Shown: positions 61,336 to 64,000 of the stretch, one piece after another
Layout of the letters: every line of letters begins with the position of its first letter
Position numbering within the stretch: position 1 is the first letter of the stretch
Assembly (NCBI GenBank): GCA_950097015.1
Contig: CATNEN010000024.1
Location: 6,510,001-6,574,000, forward strand
Length of the DNA: 64,000 bases
Source of the DNA: Macrostomum hystrix
Lineage: Eukaryota; Animalia; Platyhelminthes
Direction: 5' to 3'
Notes under the pieces: model-generated
Seen by the model: only the letters and a program-made list of their open reading frames with translations
Databases searched by the model: none
Told to the model about the DNA's origin: nothing
Position numbers and translations under genes: made by a program

Positions 61336-63962
61336 TTAAGCCCCCAGTCGAAGCGTCAAAGCGGGTTGGAAAATTGAAACAGAGGCGCCAGGCGCTGTAG
61401 CATTGGTCAATGGCGTCGTCAGATGGTCAGCGGTGACCAAAGCCATGCAGATGATAGTCCAGATGAGCATGGCTAGCACAACTAGCCAGTGGCCAAACGG
61501 GCTGACATGCAGTGGAGCATATCTGGAGTCGGCATCGAGCGGCGGCAGCTGAGATGCAGCCCGCCGCCTACTATAGTACAGCAGAGCAGCTGGCACTGCG
61601 TATTGCAACAGGGCGCCAGCGTAGGAGCCGGTGTAGTCCACCAGCATGCCCACACTGCTCGTGGCGAAGGCTACGGCCACTGGCGGAGCCACCGCTAACA
61701 GGGGAAACAGCAGCCTCTCCGTGATCCAGTGGAAGCTGCGGCCGCTACGGCGAGTGAACCCCAGCAAGGCTTTGAGATTGCCGCGCAGTGTGATGGCGAT
61801 GATGGGAAATGAGGTGCTCAGCGCAAACACTGGGAACAGCGCCAGGAAGTAACGAATCGGCTGCCACACCTGCGATTGATCGAGAAGCTGGCTTGCTCAG
61901 GTTTGGGCTGGGAATCTGGGATCAGCTGGGGATCTGAGATCAGGTGGGGATCTGGGATCAGCTGGGGATCTGAGATCAGGTGGGGATCTGGGATCAGCTG
62001 GGGATCTGGGATCACCTGGGATCTGAAATCAGCTGGGGATCTGGGATCAGCTGGGGATCTGGGATCAGCTGGGGATCTGGGATCAGCTGGGGATCTGGGA
62101 TCAGCTGGGGATCTGGAATCAGCTGGGGATCTGGAATCATCTGGGGATCTGGGATCAGCTGGGGATCTGGGATCAGCTGGGGATACGAGATCAGCTGGGG
62201 ATCTGAGATCAGCTGGAGATCTGGAATCAGCTGGGGATCTGGGATCAGCTGGGGATCTGGGATCAGCTGGGGATCTGTGATCAGGTGGGGATCTGGGATC
62301 AGCTGGGGATCTGGGATCACCTGGGATCTGAAATCAGCTGGGGATCTGGGATCAGCTGGGGATCTGGGATAAGGTGGGATCTGGAATCAGCTGGGGATCT
62401 GAGATCAGGTGGGGATCTGGGATCAGCTGGGGATCTGGGATCACCTGGGGATCTGGGATCAGCTGGGGATACGAGATCAGCTGGGGATCTGGAATCAGGT
62501 GGGGATCAGGGATCAGCTGGGATCTGAGATCAGCTGGGGATCTGGAATCAGCTGGGGATCTGGAATCAGCTGGGGATCTGGGATCAGCTGGTGATCTGAG
62601 ATCAGGTGGGGATCTGGAATCAGGTGGGGATCTGGGATCAGCTGGGATCTGAGATCAGCTGGGGATCTGGAATCAGGTGGGGATCTGGGATCAGCTGGGG
62701 ATCTGGGATCAGCTGGGGATCTGTGATCAGCTGGGGATCTGTGATCAGGTGGGGATCTGGGATCAGCTGGGGATCTGGGATCAGGTGGGATGCTCAAACC
62801 TCGGGATCTGCGGAAGGCTGTAAACTAAATGTAAGTCTCTGACCTGTACCGCCAGTTGCCGACCTGGTTGAAAATTGAGCGTGTACAAATCCTCCAAATC
62901 CTTGAACGCGAATATGCCTGTGTAGGCCAGGCTGAGGTAGAAAACCAGGATTAGCGAGAAGTCGGCCAGCAGCACCAGACGGAGGCGCCGCTTCGGCGAC
63001 ATCGGCGTCAGTAGAGCCGGCAGCGAGTGATGGCACATGAAGGAATACACAGAGGCGCCAAACAGCTGTGGAATGTGCGCCCAGCTCACAGGCTTCGGAG
63101 TTCCATTGCCCTTGCCGTTGGCCAGTGTAATAGAGGCCAGGGCTAGCATCACACCGAAGGCTAGCCACCTGGACAGCGTAGTTGCCACCTGCAGGTATTT
63201 AGTCTTCTGCACATTGAAGAAGGCGAACGGACAGACCAGCAGGCTAAACGCGGCCACAAATATTCGATAGGCGTCGCCTCTGGTGAGGCCGGATTTCGGC
63301 GACCAGCAATAATCCGAGTCGGTTAGATTGTCTATGCTGGCATTCAGCCAGGGATTATAAGAACAGGCCACATCCCTGAGGGATTTCGGTACTGCCACGG
63401 CGTAGATTGCCAGATCGCCGTACAGATAGACGCAGATCACAGCGTAGAACGCCACGATCAGGTAAGAGTTGAAGTACATGTGAGCCATCTGGCCCAGTTC
63501 AAATCGGCGCGTAATTTCAAACGGCAGCAATTCGGACGCGCTGCAGCTAGCAGTATTATTATTACTACTATTAGTAGGAGCCGAGCGGCCGGGATAGCGC
63601 AGCTCGTCGGTTTCGTTGCCAAAACTGGCGGCGGGACTGCGAATCAGAGGCGAGTTCTCACTATCCGTGACGTCATTGTTACTTAGGGCGGCGTCAGCTG
63701 ATTGGCGACGCGCCGACTGTATCAAGCGCTGTTCCTCTTCGCGCTTCACTAAAGCATTAGTTGTAGACATGACTTCCACTACGTAGCTAACTGTGATGTA
63801 GCTGAGGAAGGCCAGGCAGAAGATTGTCACACCGCCAGCAAGCCATCCAGCACTTGCGAACACCCTTGGCAATGTCAGAGCGCCGGTGCCAACTATCAGA
63901 TTGAATATGAACACCATTCCAGTCAGGGGACTGTAGACTGGCTCTGCTGAACTGACAGCCAT
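61336..63962 (-). CDS. TMEM104: Transmembrane protein 104 (amino-acid transporter fold), 548 aa
   Basis: complement(join(61336..61869,62850..63962)) = 1647 nt. FNLIVGTGALTLP..F..AGW, ELGQMA, YLYGDLAIYA, FFNVQKTKYLQ, VYSFMCHHSLP, LYTLNF and FPVF..STSFPIIAITLR.N motifs. Acceptor-like cccttgcag lies 8 nt before the ATG. Confidence 0.92.
61912..62790. repeat. 18-bp minisatellite GGGATCAGCTGGGGATCT in the TMEM104 intron
   Basis: About 48 copies filling the intron. Confidence 0.96.
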
Positions 63963-64000
63963 GCCTACCACTGCAAGGGAGAGCATATAGGAAAGTGTCT

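Noticed and set aside
60255-62800. (SIHNPSIHDL)n and (GSGISW)n ORFs resembling silk or antifreeze repeats
   Set aside because: They are 30-bp and 18-bp DNA arrays; the second is inside the TMEM104 intron and is broken by frameshifting indels.

Overview
Eukaryotic (animal) nuclear DNA with GC-rich exons, GT-AG introns and AT-rich spacers. About 38% of the window (my rough sum, ~24-25 kb) is locus-specific 16-34 bp minisatellite arrays. This architecture suggests a free-living flatworm such as Macrostomum, which is inference only. I reconstructed ten protein-coding genes by hand, checking splice phases: a Klumpfuss/EGR-like C2H2 zinc-finger gene (partial), an alpha-arrestin, an SLC16/MCT transporter, an SLC2/GLUT transporter, cathepsin L, eIF2D, an MPV17L2-like gene, a small three-finger/Ly6-like secreted protein, a 1177-aa secreted protein with four near-identical hemicentin-type VWA modules, and TMEM104. 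Mobile elements include a tRNA-headed CORE-type SINE family (two near-complete copies plus fragments), hAT and Tc1/mariner MITEs, and piggyBac, Tc1, RNase H and RTE remnants. The most notable observations are: (1) the 4xVWA cationic secreted protein, whose exon copies are homogenised while most flanking introns are not; (2) most introns outside that gene consist of splice signals plus a private minisatellite, in one case starting exactly at the donor GT; (3) an MPV17L2 gene whose AUG must arrive by splicing, possibly from a spliced leader. No CRISPR array, rRNA or intact tRNA gene was seen.
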